64,000 nucleotides of DNA, from NCBI RefSeq assembly GCF_006345805.1, contig NC_043011.1, positions 37,150,464 to 37,214,463 on the forward strand, read 5' to 3'. The DNA is from Octopus sinensis (taxonomy: Eukaryota). Made by a program: the position numbers and the translations under genes. How positions within the stretch are numbered: position 1 is the first letter of the stretch; the number at the start of each line of letters is the position of its first letter. The notes below the pieces were generated by a model that did not search any database, was not told where the DNA came from, and was given only the letters and a program-made list of their open reading frames with translations. This document shows positions 27,297 through 40,884 of this stretch, in pieces.

Positions 27297-27550
27297 TTAG
27301 TTTGGTGCATAATTATTGCGGTTTTTCCTTTTCAATATATCTTATTCAACAAAAAACAATAACATCATTGAACAAAAACATATTTAAATGACGGCCTGAC
27401 TATCTGCAAAGCAAATGGGAAGCAGTAATTGAAGTAGATGGTGAATATGCTCCGGAATAATCATTTAAAGATGTTTTTGTTAAATGTTGTTATTGTATTT
27501 GTTGAATAAAATTTATCGAAAGAAGCCGCAATAATTATGCACCAACCTAA
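27297..27550 (+). mobile_element. Internally deleted mariner element with TA target duplication
   Basis: TIRs ttagtttggtgcataattattgcgg / ccgcaataattatgcaccaacctaa, flanked by TA. Internal DYLQSKWEAVIEVDGEYAPE* is a transposase C-terminus. Confidence 0.85.
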
Positions 27551-28310
27551 TAGTTAAATAAATAATCTTGGTAAACGAAGACAAGCATAGGAACAATTAC
27601 AGTCAATCAAAGGAATGGAAATCAGCTCTTGGGAAACAGGCGCACTCTAATGTCCAAGAGACTGAAATTGGGAAGAAGCGGAATATAAGATGCTATAGGT
27701 TACATACTCAACAATCGAGACTTGTTGAAGGGAAGATTAGGAATACACCAGCCGATATTTACCATGCTAAATCCCACCATTGAATGCCACATCACAACTT
27801 ATTTACAATGACGACAACAGAAGCAAAGACAAGGATGACAATAGCAGTAACACTTCTTTCTAATTCAGTCAAGTAAAAACAATCATTTTTAATTCTACGT
27901 ATGTGTTACACTTTATCAAAATATCACTAAGCTATCATCACTAAGCTATATAATCATGAACGCTGACAAGAAAATGTCGACACACAGAACCACCACCAAC
28001 ATCGCAGCATATCATAAAAATAGTAACTCCTCACCGATATTCATTCTGTTTACAAATTCCAGGTGTCATATTGGAAATAGTTCGGAAAGAAACAATCTAA
28101 TGAACTAAACAAGAAATCATTTGTTAAAAATTGTTGTTACTTCTGTCTGTCGCCCTCTCTTTCTATCTCTCTTTCTCCCTCTCTTTCTCTAACGTTTTCT
28201 TCTCTTTCTCTCAATTCATCAACACACGTATGGGGAAAAAGTGTGAGACGAAGAGAGAAAGGGCAGGGAGAGGGATATATATTTACAGATATATGTATAC
28301 ACACACATAC

Positions 28311-28473
<163 letters not shown>

Positions 28474-28646
28474 TGTATATATGTGCGTGTTTTGTGTTCT
28501 ATCTATTATAATGTAATTTTTGCCTTCTTAAATTTCTAAATATTTGTTAACATATTTTTCAGTTCTTGTGAGATGTGTTATACTTTGCCTAAAGCTGGAA
28601 AAATAGGAAGCCATAACTTCAATACTTTTACATTTAGGTCACCGAC

Positions 28647-28736
<90 letters not shown>

Positions 28737-28755
28737 ATATATATATATAATATAT

Positions 28756-28791
<36 letters not shown>

Positions 28792-29149
28792 AAGAAAAAG
28801 AGAGAGATACGTAGATAAAAAGTTATAGATTTGTATACATGCATATATGCATATATGGTGCGTGTGTAAAGATATATATATTTATATAGCTGACATAGAA
28901 GTGTTCTCTAGCGGACCCGACTACCAGGCGACAGACTAATCCAATACACAGAATTATAATGTAGATTTCTAAGTACCCGAAATCCAAGAGACACGATTCA
29001 TGAGATAAATGTCAGAAGATTATATAACCCATTCAATGTCACGAGGTATGAGAAGTGAATATCTGTATTCTGCTACTTGGCATCTTTAAGTATACGGCCA
29101 TGCCGCACTTATCAATATGTAATAATAGTTATATGTTTACACATAGATG

Positions 29150-29950
29150 CAGATAAGTGAAGCTAACTCATTACATCACCGAAACATCATGGGTACGCCA
29201 ATTATTCAAATCTACATACACACAAAAAATATTCTCTTTTATTTTTCTTACGTAAACGTATATACACCTTTTTAAATGTCCCACTTTCACATTCATCCAC
29301 GGGTCTAAAATAATATGTCATAAATTGCCCATATCTGAAACAGAATTGATGAGATATTTAGGAAAACAGCCCAAAAATATTGCTTCCATACAACATAAAT
29401 TTTCAAATTTCTATTAATGAAATTGTTTATAGATCAAAGAAATTTAGCGATAAATATGCTGTAAAATAAACTCTGTACTTACTCACATCATCTAGTAAAC
29501 AAAAAAGGAAAAAAAAAATTAGTTAACACTATATAATGCTCGATTAATAACCTTCACCTTCCAAATCCAAACAAGATATAGATTAGATAACATCAATAGT
29601 AATTAGAGAAATTTATTAAGCTGCTAGAATATAACACCTTCTTACATTCTTTTGTAAACCCTTAAAAGTTCGATCCCAATAAAGAACCGATACACTCAAT
29701 CACTAGATTTTCAAATGCTGGACTAAAATTTACATTGGCGAAGCAGAGTATTAGATCCATTAAGACTAAAAATAACTAAAACTCGTGACAGATCATCTGG
29801 CTAAAACCTTCTACTTATCAACTTCCTTTTTGTAAAGCGCTGAAAAAGACTCACATGACATGGAGCTGACACACCTAAATATCCACACCGGTTTGAAACA
29901 TCTGCATGCATTAATTGATTGTGGACAAAAATATGACACCAATTTTAATC
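29150..29950 (+). mobile_element. Highly decayed Penelope-like remnant
   Basis: ..KIYIGEAE....LRLKITK.. near 29720-29790 resembles the GIY-YIG YIGET..LR.R motif. Many stops. Confidence 0.4.
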
Positions 29951-31419
29951 GCTAAACATTTCTCCGCAACATCTTTCCGTTACAACCCATCCTAAAACCT
30001 TATTACCATTGAACTGAACTACACAAACGTCAGAAAGTCTTTTATCTCAACACAGATGATATACAGCCAAAATTAACTTAATGCATCTCAGCCCGATACT
30101 GGCTTAGTTGGTGGAAACGTAGAAGTCGCAGTCAATACTCTTCATGCTAAAAAAAGTAATTTATATACATAGATTCTTTTATGCGAATGATGTGTTGAAA
30201 CGTAAACGCGTTAGTTGTCTGACAACTGGTTTTATGGTTCATTTAGCCGTTTTTCAGAGAAGACTTAGAGAATATTCTTAGATAAGCCATAGCAAAGAAC
30301 ATACAGATAAAATATTAAGTAGCTTTATTAAGTTAACACTCTGGTGATTAGTTTAATTTCTATGTTTGTTCAGTTGAATTTTCATTGTTAATTAAATTAT
30401 TTTATGCTAAATGAGTGAAAAAGATTTAATTATTATAAATTATTATAAATCTTCATTCTGACTGAATTAGAAGTATATGAACACTTATTCTAGGATTTTG
30501 ATATGCGACTAAATAGGAGAGAGGCCTCAAGCAGGCACCTTCTCTGTTTTGTTAAATGAGTTTGATATAGTCGTCCGAGAAATAGATGACATTAAAGGGA
30601 GAATTTTGTTGGGTATGAGAAGGGGAAGAGTCATAATTTCCACGTTAGTCGAGCAGGGAAGTATTTTTGCCACTGTTCGGTTTTTAACTGAAAAAGTAAC
30701 ATAAATTTTGTAACAGATCTGATGGCTAAGCATGATGAAAAACAGTAAGATAATTAGAAAAAGCATAATATCGTAGGTAAATACTTATGTCAAACAAAAG
30801 GAATAATATGTTTGGAATAAATTTTCAAATGTGAAATTGAATCTCTTAATTCAATACAGACCAACTGGACACGGACGATGTGAAAGATCTCACGATATCT
30901 ATAGACAAACACTTGCCATTATCTTATAAAATCAGTTGAATTTCGTTATTTGACATGAAGTCGCATGACTGACAAACACTTTCACCCGTATTTCACTTCC
31001 ACTTATGGAAACAAAATGGATAATTAGGGTTAAGAAGAAAGAAATATGGAATCAGGCCCATGATGTAATTGATTCTAAATTTTAAACTCACCCACACTCA
31101 CAAGAAAGGAGTAGGAATGACACTCGAACTTTTATAGGAGAGTATTGCAGACCTGACGGAGTTTTAACTTCTGAAGCAGAAAAAAATGTGACTAAAGGAT
31201 ATTTCAAAAATTTTCGAGAAAGGAGGAAATTAGCGATGCATTTAATGCAGTGGTGCAAAGAAGAAGGAATTCAAGCACAGTGGGGAGAGATTAAAGGAAC
31301 TAGGGTTTGTTTAACTTCAGCCATGATGTAGCAAAATAATGTAAAGGGGACTAGATGTGAAAAGAAAAACTGTAACCAGATCATAAATTTCATCAAATGA
31401 TATCGATATATACGTATAT

Positions 31420-32232
31420 ATTTATAAGGATAAAAATCACGTTAATAATTCTTATCAAGTAGTCAGCAAGGAATAAAAATGAATAGGCAATTAATGCATT
31501 AAATTAATAATAATGTACATATGTATATAATTATATCAAGGGAGCTAGGGCAAAGAAGTCCTTTCTCCAGCATGCTTGAAGTATAGATGCCTTAAAAAAA
31601 AAACTACCAAAAACTCCAGCTAAATTTACAGAAAGCGGGCTATTGAGTGAAAATTAAAAAATACATCATGTTAATTGTGAATGGGTTCCAATTTCTGGAT
31701 TAAAGCAAACAAATGCCTTATCCCTTGGTCAACATCATAACCAAGGGGAAATATAAGCCCACATAATTGTACATACCGTCCAAAACATGTTCACACGTCT
31801 ACATAAAAAGTATTTGCACGTATAGATCCAAGAAAAGTCAATTTTAAATCCCCTCACATCAGCCAACGTGTATATGATTAGAATAGACAAGTAGTAAATT
31901 CTATTCCGTTCAAGTGTAAAAATAATTAAATTATTTTATTTAAATTATTTATTAATTCATAAAAGAATATAAGGATAAAAATCACGTTAATGATATTTAT
32001 CAAGGAGTCAGCATGCTATAAATATTTATAGGCAATTAATACATTAGAATAATAATAATAATGTACATATGTATACAATTATATCAAGAGACCTAGGCCG
32101 AAAACGACCTGTCTCCAGCATAATTGAAGTATTGATACCTTCAAAAAACTACAAAAAACGCGGTACTTTTTTGAAGGTATGGGCACAACAAGCATGCTGG
32201 AGAATGGTCCTTTTCGCCCTAGCTCCCTTGAT
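31420..32232. mobile_element. Direct repeat pair (~190 bp at ~31423 and ~31968) ending in a fold-back, bounded by (TA)n
   Basis: tataaggataaaaatcacgttaat... occurs twice. 32080-32232 is a hairpin (atatcaagagacctagg... / ...ccctagctcccttgatat). Confidence 0.7.
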
Positions 32233-32380
32233 ATATATATATATAATATATATATATATATATAATATATATATATAATATATATATATAATAGTAATTT
32301 ATAAGAAAACAAAAGGCAAAGACAAGTGTATGAACAACAAGCAAGTGTCTCAGTTTGACGCTCGATAAAAATACAAAAGT

Positions 32381-32416
32381 CTTTTACGTTTCAAGCCTAG
32401 GCTCTTCAACAGAAAG
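32381..32416 (-). ncRNA. Minimal hammerhead-like motif (CUGUUGA variant)
   Basis: Minus: cuuu CUGUUGA a GAGCC-ua-GGCUU GAAA c g UA aaag. Stem I cuuu/aaag, palindromic ACGU stem III, GUA triplet. Confidence 0.6.
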
Positions 32417-33045
32417 GAATAAGAGAAAATAAATAGAGGGTGAAAAAATCTTGTAGATTTCGGCGGTTCTGTGAGCAGAAGTTATATCCGACATTTCGAC
32501 AATAATTCTATTTCCTGAGAAAATAATTTTAAAACCTTTTGCGTAATAGCTGATGGGACATTCTATTTTTCATTGTATTTTGAAGTACTATATCTGGAAA
32601 ACTAGGTAATGTCCAGAAGCATATGACATATCATCTGAGACTGTAACTTATATAATACAGAATTCATCCAGTTAGAGTAAAGATAGTAAGTATTATTATT
32701 GCGTATATCGTGAAACCTGAACTGAGCAATACGTATAAAAAATCCCTTAAAGGCTCTCAGATATTTTTCTGGGTTTTAGCTGTTTTTGTTTTTGTTTTAG
32801 ATACTTTATATTCATTATCCCGATGCCTCACATTTGAGTGCTTAGTAGTCAGAAAGGCAACAAGTTGGTGGAAACGAAGACAACAAAAGACAACAAAAAG
32901 TACAACAATAAAACAAGTTCTTTCAACAAAGAAAATCCATCAGAAAACTGTGTTAACATTGAAAATCCCCGGACATAAAACATCAGAATCTATACACATA
33001 AACATACATACATATATATATATATATGTAAAAATATGTATATAA

Positions 33046-33082
<37 letters not shown>

Positions 33083-33103
33083 AAAATATGTATATAAATG
33101 TAT

Positions 33104-33154
<51 letters not shown>

Positions 33155-33241
33155 GTAATTTATAAGAAAACAAAAGGCAAAGACAAGTGTATGAACAACA
33201 AGCAAGTGTCTCAGTTTGACGCTCGATAAAAATACAAAAGT

Positions 33242-33277
33242 CTTTTACGTTTCAAGCCTAGGCTCTTCAACAGAAAG
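33242..33277 (-). ncRNA. Minimal hammerhead-like motif (duplicate copy)
   Basis: Identical to 32381-32416. Confidence 0.6.
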
Positions 33278-33951
33278 GAATGAGAGAAAATAAATAGAGG
33301 GTGAAAAAATCTTGTAGATTTCGGCGGTTCTGTGAGCAGAAGTTATATCCGACATTTCGACAATAATTCTATTTCCTGAGAAAATAATTTTAAAACCTTT
33401 TGCGTAATAGCTGATGGGACATTCTATTTTTCATTGTATTTTGAAGTACTATATCTGGAAAACTAGGTAATGTCCAGAAGCATATGACATATCATCTGAG
33501 ACTGTAACTTATATAATACAGAATTCATCCAGTTAGAGTAAAGATAGTAAGTATTATTATTGCGTATATCGTGAAACCTGAACTGAGCAATACGTATAAA
33601 AAATCCCTTAAAGGCTCTCAGATATTTTTCTGGGTTTTAGCTGTTTTTGTTTTGTTTTAGATACTTTATATTCATTATCCCGATGCCTCACATTGAGTGC
33701 TTAGTAGTCAGAAAGGCAACAAGTTGGTGGAAACGAAGACAACAAAAGACAACAAAAAGTACAACAATAAAACAAGTTCTTTCAACAAAGAAAATCCATC
33801 AGAAAACTGTGTTAACATTGAAAATCCCCGGACATAAAACATCAGAATCTATACACATAAACATACATACATATATATATATATGTAAAAATATGTATAT
33901 AAATGTATATTATATATATATATATATATATATGTAAAAATATGTATATAA

Positions 33952-34023
<72 letters not shown>

Positions 34024-34619
34024 TATATATATATATACACGCAAAAAAGCAAAACATCTTTTTTTTTTCGAGGACAAGTGCTGAGAAGGTAATGTAATTT
34101 TCAAAAGATAGAAATCATAGTAATAGTGAAAAAGAAATAGACAAAAATAATAAGAACCGCAAAAAAAAAGAAGAGAGAAAAAACTCAGACCTGCTTTGAA
34201 GAGCTATAGTGCTTTTACAGCTTGGCTAATAACCAGACGTGGAAGCCCACAGGAAACAGCGACCATCATATTTATTGAAAATTGCATCAGAATCAATTTG
34301 CAAATTCGGTTTCTCAGTGGCAAGTAGCCATGGATATTTGTTATAAGCGAATATATTCCTTACCTAGAGCAGTTGTCAGAAAGATTGCCAATGTGGAATT
34401 CACAAGCGTTTCAGACACTCGAAGAGGGCATACGAGCATATATGTGTGTAGAGAGTTGCGTTGGGTACACATACATACATACATGTATAGATATACATAA
34501 TTCAAATATACATACATACATACATGCATACATATATATATATATATATACATATATATGTATGTAAAAATATGTATATAAATGTATATATATATATAAT
34601 ATGTATATGTATATATATA

Positions 34620-34633
34620 TATATATCAATATG

Positions 34634-34671
<38 letters not shown>

Positions 34672-37600
34672 TATGTATGTGTAGGAATTGATGTATAAAT
34701 ACTCATACACTTGCATGTTTGTGTTTATAATTGCATGGAATATATGCGTAAAAGCCAAACGCGAAATCTTGTACTATACACTCTCTATCTCTGCACTTCT
34801 CTGTCTCCCCCCTCTCTCTCTCATATGTATATATGTATGTATACATATGTGTGTGTGTGTGTCTGTAGATATGTATGGACGTATCAATAAATTGCCTTTG
34901 AAATCAAAATGTACATGATACTTCTGTAAATACATATTTGAAAGATATTTTCATTTATTTTGAGATGAGTACAGATAACAATAGACAAATTCACACATTT
35001 ACACACATACAAGCGCGCGCGCCCATAACCACGCACACGCACATACACACGCAACATCTACACACATAGTGTCGCATCTCCAGTTGTGCATACGAATATT
35101 GAAACTTTCAAGTTTTTTCTTGCGCATGATGAATACGTGACATTAGATGTCTTAGATTCAAATATAAGCTTTCCTTCCTCAACTATACTGAGAACTAACT
35201 TTTCTTCTGTATGTGCTATAGATTATTAATTGGTAAATATTAAAACCCAGCGGTTAGTCTTTGTAATCCTTTAAGGAGGTACCCCTCTGTTTCCAGCATT
35301 CAGTTAAGGTCCCTCGACTGAAATCAAGAATTATTTACTTCACAGTAAACCCAAACTACAAGTTACAATCCTTGTTGCGATGTAGACGTTTTTGTGCCTG
35401 AATGACATTCAGGACTATGCCAGCAGAGAGCAGGCTCTTAGTAGCGGTCTCCTTTGTGATTATTGTCAAGAGATAGAAGGGATACTAATATGGTTCACCC
35501 GTTACCAGAGATATGAAACGTTTTGCGTGAGACCGCATACCACCGAGAAAAAAGAGCAAGGTTACAGAATGACAATTCACAACCAACAAGTCCTGGAGAC
35601 AGAGGGGAAAATACGTCGATACCCTAGTGTCCACAGTGAGACATGTGTTTACGTACGTAGTATCGTTAAAGTAGAAGGTTCTGTGAAAAAATATAATGGA
35701 CGTCGGCTATCCGTCTAATATTGATTGTATTAGATTGAAGCTTTGTGTCCTGCGGTTATAGTTTTGTGAAGTGAAATTCTGTCCAGCTTATTTGCTTTGT
35801 ACAATCTTTATAAATGCAAATACAGATCTTATGTGAATCCATTCTATTTGATTGATTATCAAAAAAAAAAACACATCATAGACGACAAGAAACATTAGAA
35901 GAGGAGGACATAATAAACGTACTTTTTTCAGTCATTTGACTGCATCCATGCTGGAGCACGGCATTTATTCCACAAAATCGACCTCAAGTCTTATTCTTTG
36001 CAAGCCTGGTACTTATTCTATCGGTTTCTTTTGCCAAACCGCTAAGTTACGGGGGCGTAAACGCACCAACATCGGTTGTTAAGTGATGGTGGTGGGATAA
36101 ACACAGATATAAACACGCACATATAAACATATACATATATATATATGTATATACGACGGGCTTCTTTCAGTTTCCCGCTGAAAAATCCACTCACAAAGCT
36201 TGGTCTACCCGAGGCTATAGCAGAAGCCTCGTGGCCGGAAACTGAACCCGGGACCATGTGTTTGGGAAGCAAACATTTAACACACAGCCACGCCTGAGAA
36301 TGTAATATATATATGTACATATACATCAATATGTATATGTATATATATATATATATAATATATATAAATATATCAATATGTATCTATATATATGCATATG
36401 TATGTGTAGGAATTGATGTATAAATACTCATACACTTGCATGTTTGTATATATAATTGAATGAAATATATGCGGAAAAGCCAAACGCGAAATCTTGGACT
36501 ATACACTCTCTATCTCTGCACTTCTCTTTCTCCCCTTCTCTCTCTCTCTCTCTCATATATATGTATGTATACATATGTGTTTGTGTGTGTCTGTAGATAT
36601 GTATGGACGTATCAATAAATTGCCTTTGAAATCAAAATGTACATGATACTTCTGTAAATACATATTTGAAAGATATTTTCATTTACTTTGAGATGAGTAC
36701 AGATAACAATAGACAAATTCACACATTTACACGCATACAAGCGCGCGCGCCCATGACCACGCACACGCACATACACACGCAACATCTACACACATAGTGT
36801 CGCATCTCCAGTTGTGCATACGAATATTGAAACTTTCAAGTTTTTTCTTGCGCATGATGAATACGTGACATTAGATGTCTTAGTTTCAAATATAAGCTTT
36901 CCTTCCTCAACTATACTGAGAACTAACTGTTCTTCTGTATGTGTTATAGATTATTAATTGGTAAATATTAAAACCCAGCGGTTAGTTTTTTGTAATCCTT
37001 TAAGGAGGTACCCCTCTGTTTCCAGCATTCAGTTAAGGTCCCTCGACTGAAATCAAGAATTATTTTCTTCTCAGTAAACCGAAACTACAAGTTACAATCC
37101 TTGTTGCGATGTAGACGTTTTTGTGCCTGAATGACATTCAGGACTATGCCAGCAGAGAGCAGGCTCTTAGTAGCGGTCTCCTTTGTGATTATTGTCAAGA
37201 GATAGAAGGGATACTAATATGGCTCACCCGTTACCAGATATAAGAGACGTTTCGCGTGAGACCACATACCACCGAGAAAAAAGAGCAAGGTTACAGAATG
37301 ACAATTCACAACCAACAAGTCCTGGAGACAGAGGGGAAAATACGTCGATGCCCTAGTGTCCACAGTGAGACAAGAGTTTACGTACGCAGTATCGTTAAAG
37401 TAGAAGGTTCTGTGAAAAAAATGTAATGGACGTCGGCTATCCGTCTAATATTGATTGTATTAGATTGAAGCTTTGTGTCCTGCGGTTATAGCTTTGTGAA
37501 GTGAAAATCTGACCAGCTTATTTGCTTTGTACAATCTTCATAAATGCAAATACAGATCTTATGTGAATCCATTCTATTTGATTGATTATGAAAAAAAAAC

Positions 37601-38031
37601 ATCATAGACGACAAGAAACATTAGAAGAGGAGGACATAATAAACGTACTTTTTTCAGTCATTTGACTGCAGCCATGCTGGAGCACGGAATTTATTCGAAA
37701 AAATCGACCTCAAGTATTATTCTTTGTAAGCCTGGTACATATTCTATCGGTTTCTTTTGCCAAACCGCTAAGTTACGGGGGCGTAAACGCACCAACATCG
37801 GTTGTTAAGCGATGGTGGTGGGATAAACACAGATACAGACACACACATATAAACATATACATATATATATGCATATACGACGGGCTTCTTTCAGTTTCCC
37901 GCTGAAAAATTAACTCACAAAGCTTTGGTCTACCCGAGGCTATAGCAGAAGCCTCGTGGCCGGAGACTGAACCCGGGACCATGTGTTTGGGAAGCAAACT
38001 TTTAACACGCAGCCACGCCTGAGAATGTAAT
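34620..38031. repeat. Tandem duplication, 1725-bp period, each unit ending in a CORE-SINE B copy
   Basis: gtaggaattg at 34681 and 36406; cgcctgagaatgtaat at 36291 and 38016. Scattered substitutions between units. Confidence 0.9.
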
Positions 38032-39077
38032 TTTCTTTTGATAGTTGGATATTTTAGAAATTATTTTACATGGATTTCGTCCAATCAACCAATGACATTG
38101 GTCCAATCCAGGAATATCTATAATGCCTGTAGTCATTGAATTTTTTCTTCCACTCACTTTCTCTCAAAATAGCTAAAATACATATATACGATTGCAGAAA
38201 CATATAAAGCGTATGATACAGACGAATATCAGATGGTTAAAAAAACTGATATTGTTTTGTCAAGTAGCTTATATTTCAAGATTTCACCATTATTACAGAT
38301 AAATAATTACGCATATATTTAGATACGAAGGATAATCAACATGAATTTTGAGGAAATTTTGAGCAAGCATATGCTCAGGCGTGGCTGTGTGGTAAGAAGC
38401 TTGCTTCCCAACCTCATGCTTCTGGGTTGCGTGCAAGCTGCGCAAATGTCTTCTACTATAGATTCGGGACGACCAAAACCTGTGAGTGGATTTGGTAGAC
38501 CGAAACCAAAACGGAAACAGGCCGATCATGTTTGCTAAGTTAACCAAAAATCCCATGTGCACTTATGTTTAAAAAGAACATATTTCATTATATGATTTAA
38601 GGCCAAGCACAGGATGGTTATAGTTGTAATGTTTTATAACCCACATCTACCCAATTACCGTTTATCTAGATTTAAACAGCACAAATCGCAAGTTCCAAAT
38701 GAGCTATGAAGTTACAGAAACACCCACAGATGTACGAATACGTTTACGTTGCATATAAATAGAATATATGATAAGGCTAAAAGTTTCGACAGGTCAGTAG
38801 TACCAGGAGAAAGGAGAAGAAATAGCGTATTCAGTCTGGCAGTGACAATGCATCCCGCTGTTTCGGGAAAAGTTTATCGAAGTCCACATACACATATAAA
38901 CACATACACATACACATATATGTGTGTATAAATATATATGTACATACATATATGCATAAATGTAGGTATATGTATATATATATATATATGTGTTTATGCA
39001 TGTATGCATGTATATACGTATATACTTATGCATATATACGTATAAGTACGTATATGTACATGTATATATATATATAT

Positions 39078-39776
39078 ACAAAATGGGACAAGAACGCCAA
39101 ATATCCAGACAGTTAGGAGATACAAAAGAAAGGGACAACAAAACACCCAGATAGATGATACAAAGAAAACAAGGACGGGTCAATCGGAGTTTTCTTTGCT
39201 CCGTCGAGTTCCAGATTATCTTTGCAATTACGGCTGGTTATACTCAAGATTGCTCCAATCTGGCCAGCCCCAAGGAAAAACTAGGCTAAGAGTATTAGAT
39301 TCCTTGGAAGAATGCAGTGAATGTATACGAAAACAAGAACGGAAGAAAAGGAGAATGTTACACAAATAGAAATAACAGGACATAACAACATATGTCTTTC
39401 AACTAAGGACGAATTAAATTAAGCTGGCGCGTGTAGAAATAAAACCTTACGGCAGGATACAAGATTTCTCAGGCACAGGGAGAAATATAGATGTTGCACG
39501 GACGACGGCCAAAGCAATAAAGAAAGATCAGGCTTGGCCGCACACCGGTCACGTGGGGAAAGAAAAGAGAGAGAGGGCGGTAGAGGCAGAGGGATAGAAG
39601 AATTAAGGAGGAGCAAGAAAAAAGTGACAGGGGCACAGTGAAGTGAAAAGAGGAGAGAAAGTAAGCAAGAAGAGAAGGCATGGAAATGTGAGAGAGGGGG
39701 AACGAAAGAACGAAGAGTGGAATGAACGAATAAGCGTGAGAGTGCTGATATAAGAGACAAAAGTGTACATACGCCG

Positions 39777-39778
<2 letters not shown>
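39078..39778 (-). mobile_element. (TA)n-bounded non-coding element, probable Penelope-like 3' region; partial copies at 39958-40090 and 63875-64000
   Basis: Shared gatacaaagaaaacaaggacgggtca...ggctggttatactc block in three places, each abutting (TA)n. Family assignment is inferred. Confidence 0.55.
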
Positions 39779-39857
<79 letters not shown>

Positions 39858-40884
39858 ACATATATATATACAAATGGCGGTGCCCCAGCATGGCCACAGC
39901 TCGTGAGCTGGTACTAGAATCAATCAATCAATATATATACATATATACATATATAATGCAAAATGGGAAAAGAACGCAAAACATCCAGATAGACGATACA
40001 AAGAAAACAAGGATGGGTCATTCGGTGTTTTCTTTCCTCAGTCGAGTTCCAGAATATGTTTGTAATTTCGGCTGGTTATACTCGAGAGTGTTTTTTATAT
40101 AAATATATATATATATATATATGCATAATAAGTACACACACATTTATAAGTGTAAAAATATTAGCCAGATTTGGAACTAACTGTACTGTGTTAATTCTTT
40201 GTTACGCCCATGTTGAAGCTAAAAAAGTTTGCGAGACAAAGTTTTTGATTAGTATTTTAATTATTTAAAATGGATTATTTGTTAATTATTTTATGTCCTG
40301 GTGTAACAAATATTATATTATCGTTTTAGTTTATGCGTTCATTTTGTTATTTGTTTGTGCGTATGTGTTTCAATTTCTAATTCAGAAACATAAAATATAT
40401 AAGAATGAAGAAAAGCTTATTTTATGGTAATAATTTTTCTTGAAAACAGCTAGTTTAATGGAAAATAAATGAATTAAAAATATAAGTGATAAATAAACAG
40501 AAAATATTCAAATATAATCTGCATATTTTTTCAAAAACTTTCTAATTGGTTAAAGGAATTGAGCTATTTCTTTTTTGTTTCTTAATTATGCGTATATATA
40601 AATTTTTCATAATGCAATTATTATTTCAACCTTGTGTTCAACTTCTAAACTTTGACCTACCGCTAAATGATGTGAATTTCAAATGTTTAGCCAGCTGCAA
40701 AATTTGTAGAGATCGTCTGTATATTCAAATAACTTGTTTCGTTAATTATCTTTAAGAACTAAAATAAAATCAGAAAAAAAAAAACAAGGAACCATAAAAT
40801 GTTTAATTTCTAGCGATAAACATTAAAATATTTTGATTGATTAATGAGTTTTGATAAGTTTTATATATATAATCTTGTTTTTGT

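Larger units (their letters stand above)
32291..33960. repeat. Tandem duplication, 861-bp period, near-identical
   Basis: 32291.. and 33152.. match apart from a few SNPs/indels. Junctions fall in (TA)n. Confidence 0.9.
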
